A stretch of DNA of 63,002 nt, the filler included, from Globobulimina sp. (Eukaryota), in NCBI GenBank assembly GCA_003354225.1. It is 37 parts of 37 records of this genome, joined end to end, with 100 filler letters (N's around TTAATTAATTAA, not from the genome) between each part and the next. Parts side by side here need not be neighbours in the genome. Positions count along the whole stretch, not along the records: positions 47,762 to 49,366 come from PIVH01014215.1; positions 49,467 to 51,071 come from PIVH01014216.1; positions 51,172 to 52,776 come from PIVH01014217.1; positions 52,877 to 54,481 come from PIVH01014218.1; positions 54,582 to 56,186 come from PIVH01014219.1; positions 56,287 to 57,890 come from PIVH01014220.1; positions 57,991 to 59,594 come from PIVH01014221.1; positions 59,695 to 61,298 come from PIVH01014222.1; 29 more parts are not named here. One strand, 5' to 3'. Below, piece by piece: positions 48,290-60,088 of this stretch (the stretch's first letter is position 1; each line of letters starts with the position of its first letter). Made by a program: the position numbers and the translations under genes. The notes under the pieces were generated by a model. The model was not told the DNA's origin. It saw only the letters and a list, made by a program, of their open reading frames with translations, and did no database searches.

Positions 48290-48495
48290 CATCAGTTTGT
48301 CATCAATTTTGCTAATATTTCGACGTCAGTTTGCTAATAGTCTCCCATAGTTTGTTATTCTCTCTCCACTTCTCTCACTTCAGTTTGTTTAACCTTCAAT
48401 CCCTTCAGTTTGTTTCCTTCAGTTTGTTAGTCCTTCGATCGATTTGTTGCTTCCTCTGATCGATTTATCGTTATACTCCGACGTCAGTTTGTCTT
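48290..48495. repeat. Cluster of short CAGTTTG(T) direct repeats in the leader of the gag-like ORF
   Basis: tcagtttg occurs at least 6 times within about 200 bp. Confidence 0.7.
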
Positions 48496-49466
48496 ATTCC
48501 TTTCTCGATTTATCTACTCCTCCTTTCTCGATTTATCTTACTCCTTTCCAATTTTTATCGTTCTCCTATTCCAATTATCGTTGTCCGTTTCTGTGCATTG
48601 GACTGCACTCGTTTCCGTTAATATTATCGTTTCCTTTGGTTTTGAGGCAGTTCCAGTTGCACTCCAAAACCTCCTTTTTCTTTTCCAGTTTTGTACTTCG
48701 TCTCCTTCGATTCAGACAGTATTTGATGTATTCTGGCTGAAAATATCGTTTGTTAACATCAAATTGTACTCAAAGGGTAACCATATAAATACGTGAAGCC
48801 ATGGCGTAGATTAAATAATATAAACTAAATAATAAAGTACGTTTTTGAACTAAAAGTTAAGTGCAGAAGGCTAAGATTTCTATGGCTTCCGATTTATTTT
48901 ACTAAACTAATAACTTATCTCCTTTTGTAGTAAAGTGAAGTGTGGTGAGCAAAACTTTATTCCAAATATCCAAAGGTACCAAAAAAACAACTCCAAAATA
49001 TTCGTATAGTTAATATAAAAAGTCCAACAATTGCCGGCGCTCACCCTCGGCTCAGAACACAAAGTACAAGGTAAACAAAATGCATCACAGAACGACATTA
49101 AAGGGAAAATATCAAAATATTAATATAAACCAATCACATAATGTCGATTCCTTTGCCATTGATCTAAAAGCAGTTTGATTAGTTAACACAAATCACATGA
49201 CACAATTTACCGACAGTAAAGGGGCCGTATTCCTACATAAAAATATTAAACATTTGAATTGGCGCCGAAAGATAAGCATGACCTATGTCAAATATACCTA
49301 CAGTAATCCTAATATAACAAAAATTACATAATTGACGCACAAACGCAAAAATAACTATAAATACAANNNNNNNNNNNNNNNNNNNNNNNNNNNNNNNNNN
49401 NNNNNNNNNNTTAATTAATTAANNNNNNNNNNNNNNNNNNNNNNNNNNNNNNNNNNNNNNNNNNNN

Positions 49467-50414
49467 GGACATTTTGATATTTGGAGATGCCGCTGAGCGA
49501 CGACGTTTTTTTGTGCAGACTCTTGACGTTTTTGCTGTATTTACGAATGCGAATCGTTAAGGTTTTGTTCTTCTCCTTTTCGGCGTTCAATTGTTGCAGT
49601 AATTGCTGCGAATACGCACTCAACTCTGCCTTCTGAGAGGTGATTACGTTGATTTGGTTGGAGAGGATCAGGTTTTTGTCGCGGCGCGAACGGGCCGCCA
49701 ATTTATAAAATTCCAAGTCTTGCCACACGCTCTGTTGGTCGTGGCGTTGCCGTTGGAGCTGGCCGCGCAAATTCATATTCTCGTCGGCCAAGTTGTTGAT
49801 TTGCTCGCTGTGGAGACACAAAATGCAGGCTAACGCATTTCCGCTTTGCTCAGTTTCAAACTGAAACTGTTTTTGCATTTTGCAAATGATATCAGCTCAG
49901 TTTCAAACTGCAAAAATACCGCATATGAGTGCAAGGATAAAACCTAGACAAACGTTAATTTTGCATTCTTGGCCTTTTCCAGCACCAAATCGCGATCTTG
50001 ATTGGTCAGCATATCGCCCAACTGCGCCATACTGAGCTGTAACTGTCGCATTTGTTCCATCAATGTGTTCTTTTCATGCTCCACAAACGCGAGCGGTGAG
50101 CGTGTCGGCGACGGCGACGGCGATTTGTGTAAATGTGACGCAGTGGGTTTGGCTCTGTCGACGCCCAGATTGGCTGCGTTGGCCTCGCTGCCGCCGGTTA
50201 GGAGAGAGGTGCTGAACGCAAATGCGGTTTGGACGCCATTTGGTTGATTGGCAATTTTCGCTTCCTCTGCTTCGGGAATTCCCTCCACATTGCTCCACGA
50301 ATTGGAGCGGTGGTTCCGATGCAAGGAATGCCGTTTTGTGGTGAGGTTTGGTAATAAGCTTTTTTTCTTGTGGCCGTAGGAAAAGGATAAGGATTTTTTG
50401 AAGTGTTTGGGCAT
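49467..50414 (-). CDS. Coiled-coil protein; intron 49808-49953; 3' truncated
   Basis: ac|gtttgt...ccacag|c joins AKLT to EQINNLADEN in frame. Confidence 0.7.
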
Positions 50415-51171
50415 GGAAAGGTCGCTGATTTTTTGTTTGTGTTCGTGGTGGAAGTGCTCTGTATAGATTTTTTTGTGCGTTGTTTCCGTGGTTGAATATG
50501 AGAGAGAAAATCGTTGCTGTTTGATTTGTATGTTATAAGTAGGTACATTTGTATTATATGAAAGACAAAGTTGGAATGTAGTGTACTTTAATTTTTTTGT
50601 GCATATTTGTACGAATATGGTCTATATATAAATATATTATATATATCTCAAGTTAGTTAGTCCAATGCGACGCGATTGTTTTGCTCGCGTGCTGAAAATA
50701 AAAAGTTTTTTTAGTGAGTGTAGTCAAAGCGTACGCTTGACCCCAAAGATGAAGTGTGTTTGCAGCACAATCCAGCAAAGAGACAAAAAACTAGTCATAA
50801 CAAACACGAAAGGTCGGCAGTGGAGATATATTGTATCATGGAATTAATTGTGCACGAAGATGTTTGCAAATTTTATACCATAAATCCCGCTATCAATACC
50901 AAATTAAAACAAACAAAAACATTAAAATTAAAAACTCCGCTATAAAACAGATATCACGACCTATAAAAGTAAAGCACAATGAAATCTGATGAGAATACAT
51001 GCAAAGGTCACTTAATATTAATGTTGAAAAAATTATCGCAATATAATGACAAGACGCAGACTATGCGGAAANNNNNNNNNNNNNNNNNNNNNNNNNNNNN
51101 NNNNNNNNNNNNNNNTTAATTAATTAANNNNNNNNNNNNNNNNNNNNNNNNNNNNNNNNNNNNNNNNNNNN

Positions 51172-52776
51172 TAAATATACGTAACAGCATCCTTTATCCA
51201 TACAGGAATCTGGAACGACCTCAAGCAATTCACCGCAAATTATGGAGACTGTAAAAGATGGAGAAAGCAGTCATAAGCACACACAAAATGATACCAATAC
51301 TGTTCAGACAAAACCAATCATTGCAGAGCCGGATGACATTAATGCGAATCCACCGCCACAGCCACAGCCACAGCCACAGCCACGTGATCCAGATTTAGTG
51401 CCTGCGGCCGGACTGCATATAGAAAATGTTGACACTGAACAAAATATACAAATAGGACACTCGTTGGAGCTCGAAGACGAAGCATTGCATGAATTGTTTG
51501 ATGAGGAAGATGTTGAGGAAGAGAATAAATCGGAGGTACAACACCATTTATATGATATCGCTGAAACTGTACATTGGAACAACACTCGTTTTACCAAAAA
51601 ATGTCAATTGTGTGACATTAATTTTGTCGACTTTCAATGGAGATTTTTTAATTTAGAACATAACAAATATAGTCATACGTTGCCAGTACATCGCTATAAA
51701 TCTGATAAAATTCGGCGAGATATCGGCAGTGCTCGAACCAAGTTCATATTATATTTTATCTGGGACATTTTGTGTAAGTTTGAGAGTGCCACCAAGATCC
51801 CCTCCGATGATGGAAATAGTAATCGGAACAACCAAAGCAAAAAAGAAAGAAATCAACAGCTCAAAAAGTTGACTGCCATGTATTCCTGGTGTGAGTTTTT
51901 GAAAAAGTTATTCAAAAATGACATTGAATCCAGTTATCAGTTTATTTATTTATTGACGCATACACACAAACGAATGTGGTGCAGATATTTATTGGAATGC
52001 AAGAATGTTTTGGTGAGGGAGTGTTTAGTGGATGTCATGATATTTGCGGTGAAATGTCTAATTACTATCGAACGGCCGTTGTATTACTTAAAGGAGCAGG
52101 ACCATGATGAGGATAAAGAAGAGGATGACCATAAATACGGCGAGGATGAGATGATTGAAATACATAGAAACAAAAAAGATGAATTTGTAGCGTGGTTCCA
52201 GTCCGCTTCCGTCATTGTTCATTTATTGGATGAAATGTGCCGTAATATATTGCTAGCGACCAATTATTGGCGGCGTTTTAATGAATTTTGGTTATTTTTC
52301 AAGTTATTTGCAGAGTTAGGCAACGAAGAGAAACAGTTGTTGTTGGATAGGCATTTAATTATGGAATGTTATCGCTTTTATAATAATAAAAAACCGTACG
52401 AGTATGGCTTGAAACAGTTGGTTAAGGAAGAAAATGATGGTTTGGAGGATGATTTGGACGCCGCTGATTATTTGTTACCGTACAAAGTCAGATATGATCG
52501 GCGTAAAATGGGCTCAGCCGACTGTGAGCCTGATGTATCTTTTATGATTCATATGTTGTCGTTGATAATCTGTTCGTGCTGTCCTCCAAACTTAAAAGGC
52601 ATAAATCGAATCAATAAGTTGACGGATGTGATATTGCCATACAATACGATGGAATTGTCGGTGTGTTGTAAGTTAAATGAGTTTAATGTGTTATCCATTA
52701 ATGATAAGAGATTATTAAATGATGCAAAAATATGGATGAAATTTTTAGAAGATAATCAAAATACAAATTGTTTGTC
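51172..52776 (+). CDS. USP9/24/34-like ubiquitin-specific protease, C-terminal helical region
   Basis: YLLECKNVLVRECL and WRRFNEFWLFFKLFAELGNEEKQLLL resemble this family. The catalytic domain is not in the contig. Confidence 0.6.
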
Positions 52777-52876
52777 NNNNNNNNNNNNNNNNNNNNNNNN
52801 NNNNNNNNNNNNNNNNNNNNTTAATTAATTAANNNNNNNNNNNNNNNNNNNNNNNNNNNNNNNNNNNNNNNNNNNN

Positions 52877-53291
52877 GATATTCATTTGTTAATTGCTCAA
52901 TCGATTTATCACTAAGCTCGGTTTCGTATTCAATATTCTCAACAACTTCGCTAATATCAATTTTATTATCAACCATTAGCTGCGTATTGAAGCAATCCAA
53001 CAGATGCGTAAGTGCTTCATGAGCATCCTCTTGGTCAAATAACCGTTCCGAAAAATTATGTCTAAAAAGCTTTACAAAACTCGTTAATTTAATTTTACGG
53101 ACGTCATCTTGTTTTATTTTGCTAATTACTGCTACAATAATCCGATAATTTTGTAATAATGTTTTGCTATCAACTTGTGTATTTACTATCATCGCATTAA
53201 AATCATCACATGCTAACACTAATTGCAATAACGAATTTAGGAAACATGTATTGCCCAGATTGATTAAGCCAACTTTACGAAAAAACTCCAT
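52877..53291 (-). CDS. Compact ubiquitin carboxyl-terminal hydrolase (peptidase C19), N-terminus
   Basis: Cys box GLINLGNTCFLNSLLQ starts at residue 8; QEDAHEAL. Confidence 0.92.
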
Positions 53292-53439
53292 TTAAATGTA
53301 TAATATATTTATTATTTTATTTATTTAAATAAATTTTGATTTTTTTCACGCAATTATGAATATACTTTATGAATATACTACAGCAAATGCTCTCTACTAT
53401 ATTATTTTCAGAAAAAATTTTAATATAGTAACGCGATAA

Positions 53440-53498
53440 ACTTTACCGACCCTCTCCCCCGAGAACCCTGGCGGGGGAGGGGGATAGGCGGAAAAAGT
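53440..53498. promoter_or_regulatory. GC-rich hairpin in an AT-rich divergent intergenic region
   Basis: ccctctcccccg-agaaccctgg-cgggggaggggg stem, extended by ccg/cgg and acttt/aaagt. Confidence 0.7.
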
Positions 53499-53590
53499 AA
53501 AAATATACAAAAGATTTAAAAAAATTTTAGTGAAAAATGCATATTTTAGTAGGCTTTTTTATGTTTGGCATAATAACAAATATAAATTTT

Positions 53591-53790
53591 GAAAAAGAAT
53601 ATTCTTTTTTGAAAAAGAATATTTATTTATAGCAAATAAATACTATTTTCGTGAAAAAGAATATTTATTTATGCCAAAACGGATAAAAAGAATATTTATT
53701 TACGATAAAACGAATAAAAGAATATTTATTTACACCAAAACGGATAAAAAGAATATTTATTTACACCAAAACGGATAAAAAGAATATTTT
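53591..53790 (+). repeat. Iteron-like tandem array, ~31-bp unit aaaaagaatatttatttacaccaaaacggat
   Basis: Core AAAAGAATATT occurs 7 times; four near-complete units are contiguous. Confidence 0.92.
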
Positions 53791-53839
53791 TTTTTTAAAT
53801 ACAATAAGAAAATAAAAATATTAACCTAATATATATAAG

Positions 53840-54481
53840 ATGGCTCACTGTGACGTCTGTAATCATGCATATTTCTCACTCCAGGCACTTAAAAAGCATA
53901 AAACTACTAAAAAACATAAGAAAAATGCCGCAAAAACAACTCGAACAACTATAAAAGAAATTAAAATATTAAGGGATACAGTGGATACAAAACCGGATAC
54001 AGTGGATACAAAAAATAAATTACCGGATACAAAACCGGACACAACGGATACAAAACCGGATACAAAACCGGATACAAAACCGGACACAACGGATACAAAC
54101 CGGATACATTATGACACAAAAGAAATATATGGTTATTGTAGATTTTGTAATGCCGAATTTAAACAGCGTACATCATTATCACGCCATGAAAAACATCGTT
54201 GCCCATTACGAAATGAGCAAAATGAGCATATTCATGACTCTAAACAATATTTGGAGATAATCAAATTGCTAAAGGAACAGCTTCATCGATATGAAGAGCG
54301 ATTAACTGAAAAGGATGAATACATCAAAGAGTTAAACAAACAACTCGCTGAGAAGCCAACACATATAACAAATAACACGGCAAATATAACACAGCAATAT
54401 AACCTATATCCAAACAGGGATGAGCAATATGAATCAACTGATTTTCGATTTATTGATATGTTTAATGTGAAACGATTAAAT
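53840..54481 (+). CDS. Giant-virus-like C2H2 zinc-finger protein with DTKP repeats, coiled coil and N-rich segment; 3' truncated
   Basis: CDVC...HKTTKKH, (DTKP)n, CRFC...SLSRHEKHRC, EKDEYIKEL, HITNNTANI; tatatata just before the ATG. Confidence 0.75.
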
Positions 54482-54934
54482 NNNNNNNNNNNNNNNNNNN
54501 NNNNNNNNNNNNNNNNNNNNNNNNNTTAATTAATTAANNNNNNNNNNNNNNNNNNNNNNNNNNNNNNNNNNNNNNNNNNNNACGGGTTTGATGTATTTAT
54601 CATAATTTGGTCGCAATAAATTCTCATAAAACCGTAATGCAGTTTGCTTTAAGCCATCCTTTTGTTGGTCTAATGTTGAAAAATACAATTTAAAATCGAG
54701 CAAGCCATCTCTATGCGGATTTCGACGTAAACGGCGTTGCGATGACATTGAATAATTTGTTTTAACTCTCTAAGTATAAAAAACTTCTCCGCCATCTTTA
54801 AATATTAATGGTGTTGCACTGTCAACATAACAGGTGATATATCATAAGCTAGTTTTCAATGGAATCAGTCTTATTGTATCATAATTTCCAGAAAAATTCA
54901 GAAACTTCTTCTTAAATCAAATACAAATAAAAAC

Positions 54935-56186
54935 ATGAACATTTGCCAACTGCGTCATTCATATCCATTCATCAAACATTACGGACGCACTCTGTGCACT
55001 AAGATCCATCCGAGCAGATCTAACGTATCCAACACCGTCATAAAGCAACCAATTGCAAATAAGGCCTCACACGGACCGAGACACAAAGCACTAAGCCATC
55101 CACAGAGATTCCCAAACAATTACCACCTGACTCAAGAACAGAAAAATTTAATCATTGCCCAATTCATAACCAAAAGCAACAACGAAAATGTATTATACTC
55201 CGAGTCCGAGGACAAAGACACCACAAATGCATATATCTCGAACCTAATCATCGAAATGGTTTATACCACTTTCTGTGAAACTGGACAAGGCATTGCTTTG
55301 TATGACACTCAATTTAATATGAAATGGAAAAAGTTCATCGTGCGCAAGTTCGCCAAAATACTGCCAGATGAACAATTTGCTGAATTCATTCGAAAACTAA
55401 GCATTTTGCCAGCACATTTATCAAATTATACGCAGAGAGTCAGATATTTCATCTTATTCGAATACGATCGAATATCATTCAAAAAACCAGTGTATATATT
55501 CCCGGCAGACTCTTTTATGACTTCTTTCAATGAACATTCCAAACACAATGAGTTCAACAACGCATTCAACAAATTGTATGATGGCAGACGAAAAAGCAAA
55601 ATGCAGCAATACAAACCGCAGGAATTATTCCATAGAATCTCATATTTATTTGAAAAATCCAAATATAAAAACGGTTTATATTTGCATGAAATGGCCGATG
55701 TCTTCGAGTACGAACATCAAAGCATTTTATCTCTACCTACAAATAAACAGAATATTAATTCTGCACATAAAGGCGTTGAATATTTGGCATTGAGCACATA
55801 TTTTGAATCATATTACCAATCTACGCACTGTTTCAAACACAAAACATCATTGAAAACATTGCTGGAGAATGCGGGCTGTTTATATGTAGACAATGCGCAT
55901 ATTTCGCGTGTGATGATACTGCCCAATACTTTGCAGGGAAGATTTCAAAACGCACTGTTGACCATTTTGAAAAATGACGATTATTTGCATACTTTCAACT
56001 TTGTCAAAACCAAATTGAGGGAAAATTATCCAGATTTATACAAACAACTCAACTATGAAAGACAAACGGACATTACTTTTACGCGTACCATGTTGCAAAG
56101 GTTTGGCGCACTGATCAGCATTTATAGGGTTCCGACCATCAACAGATACGATGATCGAGAGGGCGGCGACCATCAACGGAGGAAAT
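54935..56186 (+). CDS. Hypothetical protein, possible mitochondrial presequence; 3' truncated
   Basis: Open frame of over 400 aa with a basic, acid-free N-terminus. Confidence 0.7.
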
Positions 56187-56545
56187 NNNNNNNNNNNNNN
56201 NNNNNNNNNNNNNNNNNNNNNNNNNNNNNNTTAATTAATTAANNNNNNNNNNNNNNNNNNNNNNNNNNNNNNNNNNNNNNNNNNNNCAAATTACACATCT
56301 CTATTATAAAAGGAAATGTTTGGGTTAGCAACAATAGAAACTGTCGATATGTTTGTAACATAATATGTTTTTTACCCTTTTAATTTAAAGTTTAAGTGCA
56401 TTTCAGATTCATCCGTGCAAGGATATAAATGATGTGCATTATTAATTTTTTTCAACATTTATGAAGCCAGAAGAAGTTTTTCGACCAAAGATAAAATACG
56501 TCTTTTTGTAAGAAACACAGATAAATTACTAATACAACCCTTAAA

Positions 56546-57163
56546 ATGAGGTTATTAACTCACAACATGCTACATAGCGCGCATAAACGAGGAGTGCAAA
56601 AAGGATATCCATTAAATTTAGAAATAGAAAAAACTGAAATAATTAAACAAGAAATTAATGAAATGTTTTTAAAAGAACGTTTACCAAAATTAGATTGGAA
56701 TTGTTTTGTTATCGGGTGTAAATCTGTTGGAATTAATGATATTCCATTACAATGTACGAATGAGTTGTTAAATGACAAGGATTTTTTGACAAAATGTCAT
56801 TATGCTTTATTGGAAATACATGTAATTGATGGACATTTAATTTGTCCTGAATCAAAAAGGAAATTTCCGATAATAGACGGAATTCCAAACATGTTATTAC
56901 GAGAGGATGAATTACCAAACATAAACGAAGAGGATTTACGAATTATTGATAAAAATGAATGCAAAACAGATGCTAATATCGCAACAAACAACAATCCGTA
57001 TTTAGATCCTTTATTAATGCAAGGTTTACAGCAATTTTTGCCACAACAAAATAAAGAATTTATGGCGCCGCATAAAATTGATCCAAATACAAACATACCA
57101 AACAATGATAATAATAATAATGACAATGATAATAATGACAGTGAAAATGTTACCAAACATTAG
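56546..57163 (+). CDS. TRMT112: Methyltransferase activator Trm112 with C-terminal extension
   Basis: MRLLTHNML, GYPL, LPKLDW, GHLICPESKRKFPIIDGIPNMLLREDE. Confidence 0.95.
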   Translation: MRLLTHNMLHSAHKRGVQKGYPLNLEIEKTEIIKQEINEMFLKERLPKLDWNCFVIGCKSVGINDIPLQCTNELLNDKDFLTKCHYALLEIHVIDGHLICPESKRKFPIIDGIPNMLLREDELPNINEEDLRIIDKNECKTDANIATNNNPYLDPLLMQGLQQFLPQQNKEFMAPHKIDPNTNIPNNDNNNNDNDNNDSENVTKH

Positions 57164-57212
57164 ATTTTGTGTTGATTGTAATTATAAGATTTGCAAAAAA
57201 ATGAAAAACGAA

Positions 57213-57548
57213 TTAAATTTTGTATGCTTTGGTTTGATATTTTGGATCTGCGTTTCGAATTTTTTCAAGTTTGTGTGGTTCCTTTACAGCTCGTTTGAAT
57301 ACAGTCGGTGTTTCCTGTTTTAATTCTAGATTTTGCCAATGTTCTCTGTACCAAACACCCAATGATTTCATTTCCCATCTTCGACAATATTGGCTCTTAT
57401 AATATGGTACCAAACGTTTTGCTTTTGTAACATATCGTCCTTTGAGTTGAAAAAATTGATTTTTTTTTATGTTTCTCTTTTTTGCTGATTGGTGTATTCG
57501 TTTTGTTTTAAATGCAATGGGTCCACGCAACACTGATCCATCATGCAT
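57213..57548 (-). CDS. Small, very basic protein (last exon); function unknown
   Basis: 111-aa K/R-rich ORF after a tatag acceptor, convergent with TRMT112. Confidence 0.5.
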   Translation of the reverse strand: MHDGSVLRGPIAFKTKRIHQSAKKRNIKKNQFFQLKGRYVTKAKRLVPYYKSQYCRRWEMKSLGVWYREHWQNLELKQETPTVFKRAVKEPHKLEKIRNADPKYQTKAYKI

Positions 57549-57990
57549 AAACTATACAGTATGTTGAAATTATCAGAATTTTCATCAACAATCAACATAA
57601 TAAACATAAGCATACAATAAATCTGTCTCTAGCTCCTTGATTATTTTTCAATCTGTGTTTCTCCCCTTCCCTACGAAATCTATGAAATCGCTTTTGATGT
57701 AACACCAACTCCGTCTTACTATTCCAATTACTACACCAATGCCTTATTGGTACAGTGGAATTTCGCAACATATTAGCGATCTATTAGCAGTAGTACTGAG
57801 TCACTAGTAAAGTCTATTAAAATTACACTCCAAAATCACAATCTTTGTTTTTGACAAATATGAAATATATATTATGAAACAATTGTAGTANNNNNNNNNN
57901 NNNNNNNNNNNNNNNNNNNNNNNNNNNNNNNNNNTTAATTAATTAANNNNNNNNNNNNNNNNNNNNNNNNNNNNNNNNNNNNNNNNNNNN

Positions 57991-59340
57991 AAGCCAGGCA
58001 AGCCAGAGAGCGACGGTACAAACCCGCCCATTGTGGACGTGGTAATTGCCAAACAAGCGAGGCATATGAACTTAGACTTAAATCGGTCATCAATGAGAGA
58101 GGAAGATCCTGAATTACCTGCGGAAGAACCAAAATTAATGGATAGAGCCTCCAAAGTGATAACTTGTGAGCATATACACGAAATTGTTGATGATCATAAA
58201 GAGTTGGAATGTGTGCCAAAAATGTCTCGATCCAGAGGCTCTGCCAAAGCACCACTGAGTAAATACGAAATTGGGCTGAATTCGCAAAATAGAAATAAAA
58301 AGAGACATAAAAATAACAGTCGAAATAATAATAATCAACACACAAGTTTTGATTATAGCAATCAACAAAAAACGCAAATGAATAATAATAGTAATAATCC
58401 ACAACAAAATGTGTATAACCAATATCCGCAATATTCCACTAAACCAAAACAAGCATACTCCCAACCACAGCAATGTGTAAATTATAATTATCAACAAAAT
58501 CCGACCATATCCTCCGCGAATAACACTGCCATACAAAATCAGACCATACCTTATTTATCCTCTGTACCTATGGCAAACAGTGTGGCCTCCGGCATGCAAA
58601 CCGCACCGCCATTGTCCCGATCGACCACCGCCCCGTCACGGGCTAATAACACACAATTAAAACAATTAGAAAACACTGTGGAGCAGTTACGCTCTCATTT
58701 TGTGCAGTTATTGCAACATTTGCCATTAACCACCTCTCAGCAACAACAATTCAACTCTGGCCACCTCATATCCAATATGCTAGCATCAAATCCAAACACC
58801 TCCAATGCCGCCACCTCGCCAAATTATAACCAATTCCCCGCCAATACGGCGCCAACCATCGCCAGCAACACCACCAACGCATCCTATTCAACGCCAAATA
58901 TCGGACTAACGAATGTGTCTGCAAATAATTTATTAAATACCAATGGCGCAAACATTGTGATTCAAAAAAATGTAAACCCGCCGTCCAATATGTTGTTCTC
59001 ACCCACCAACCAACAAAATACTATGATAACCTCACCAAATAATATGAGTATGACTCCGTTATATCAGCAGCAACCACAGCGATCTCAACCGAATATGTCA
59101 AATTACACCTTCTCAATGTCAAACACAACCGGATTGTCATCCATTCCATTGACCAATACCACTGCCAGTAACTCATTGCAGTATACGGCGCAGGTCCCAG
59201 CATACAATACCACCCCAACTGGGAACAATGCCTATTTGTTGCAAAGAAATAGCATGGCACTGGCAAATAATGGATTTAATTACGCATATCCAAATACACC
59301 ACAATCATCCAACGCTTTCAATTTAAATATGCATCAATAA
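57991..59340 (+). CDS. Protein C-terminus with long N/Q/S/T-rich low-complexity region
   Basis: Frame is open from the contig start to TAA at 59340. Confidence 0.75.
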   Translation, partial: KPGKPESDGTNPPIVDVVIAKQARHMNLDLNRSSMREEDPELPAEEPKLMDRASKVITCEHIHEIVDDHKELECVPKMSRSRGSAKAPLSKYEIGLNSQNRNKKRHKNNSRNNNNQHTSFDYSNQQKTQMNNNSNNPQQNVYNQYPQYSTKPKQAYSQPQQCVNYNYQQNPTISSANNTAIQNQTIPYLSSVPMANSVASGMQTAPPLSRSTTAPSRANNTQLKQLENTVEQLRSHFVQLLQHLPLTTSQQQQFNSGHLISNMLASNPNTSNAATSPNYNQFPANTAPTIASNTTNASYSTPNIGLTNVSANNLLNTNGANIVIQKNVNPPSNMLFSPTNQQNTMITSPNNMSMTPLYQQQPQRSQPNMSNYTFSMSNTTGLSSIPLTNTTASNSLQYTAQVPAYNTTPTGNNAYLLQRNSMALANNGFNYAYPNTPQSSNAFNLNMHQ

Positions 59341-60088
59341 AAAACAACTTATTATATATACCCTAAAAACTATAACTTCATAATTTTTATTGTTTTAAAA
59401 TCAAAAAAAAAAGTTAAATTAGTGTGCTTTTATTAAAATTTTTTTTGTCGTTATTTTTGATTCTGTTACAAAGTAAACAGAATGAAAAGCAATTGCAAGG
59501 ATAATATTTATTTTTTTTTGTGTTCCTTGCTTTGTTTTCTATGTTTTTCTTTATTTTGTCAATTATTATTTTAATTTGATAGTATGAAATTCCTNNNNNN
59601 NNNNNNNNNNNNNNNNNNNNNNNNNNNNNNNNNNNNNNTTAATTAATTAANNNNNNNNNNNNNNNNNNNNNNNNNNNNNNNNNNNNNNNNNNNNACAAAG
59701 AGAAACAATATACGGTCATATGACAACGCTATACTGTCAGATAGAAACAATATAAGGTCAAATGGGAACAGTATTTGTGGACTTGTACATATAACTTTTT
59801 ACAACAATTTAAATCTAATTCATTGATTTCTTGGCTAATGAAATGTTTAATATGATTAAGAGGAAGAAATTGTAACATTGAGATTAAATCATTGAGGCAT
59901 AATGCTGTAAACTGTCATTATAAAAAGAGAGATTGTTGTGTATGGCTCTTGAACTTAAATTTTGTTTTGCAAACTTTCGATACCATATTAGTACTATCAC
60001 ATTTCAATTTAAGTTAATATCTTTTGAGAGGTCATTAACAACCAAACAAAAAACAAACATTAGAACAAAACAATATAAAACAACAAAA

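Noticed and set aside
49255-49275. Primer-binding site TGGCGCCGAA for the gag-like ORF
   Set aside because: It is on the opposite strand to the ORF and no LTR boundary is evident.
53591-53790. CRISPR array
   Set aside because: The ~31-bp units are contiguous with no unique spacers, and no cas genes are present.
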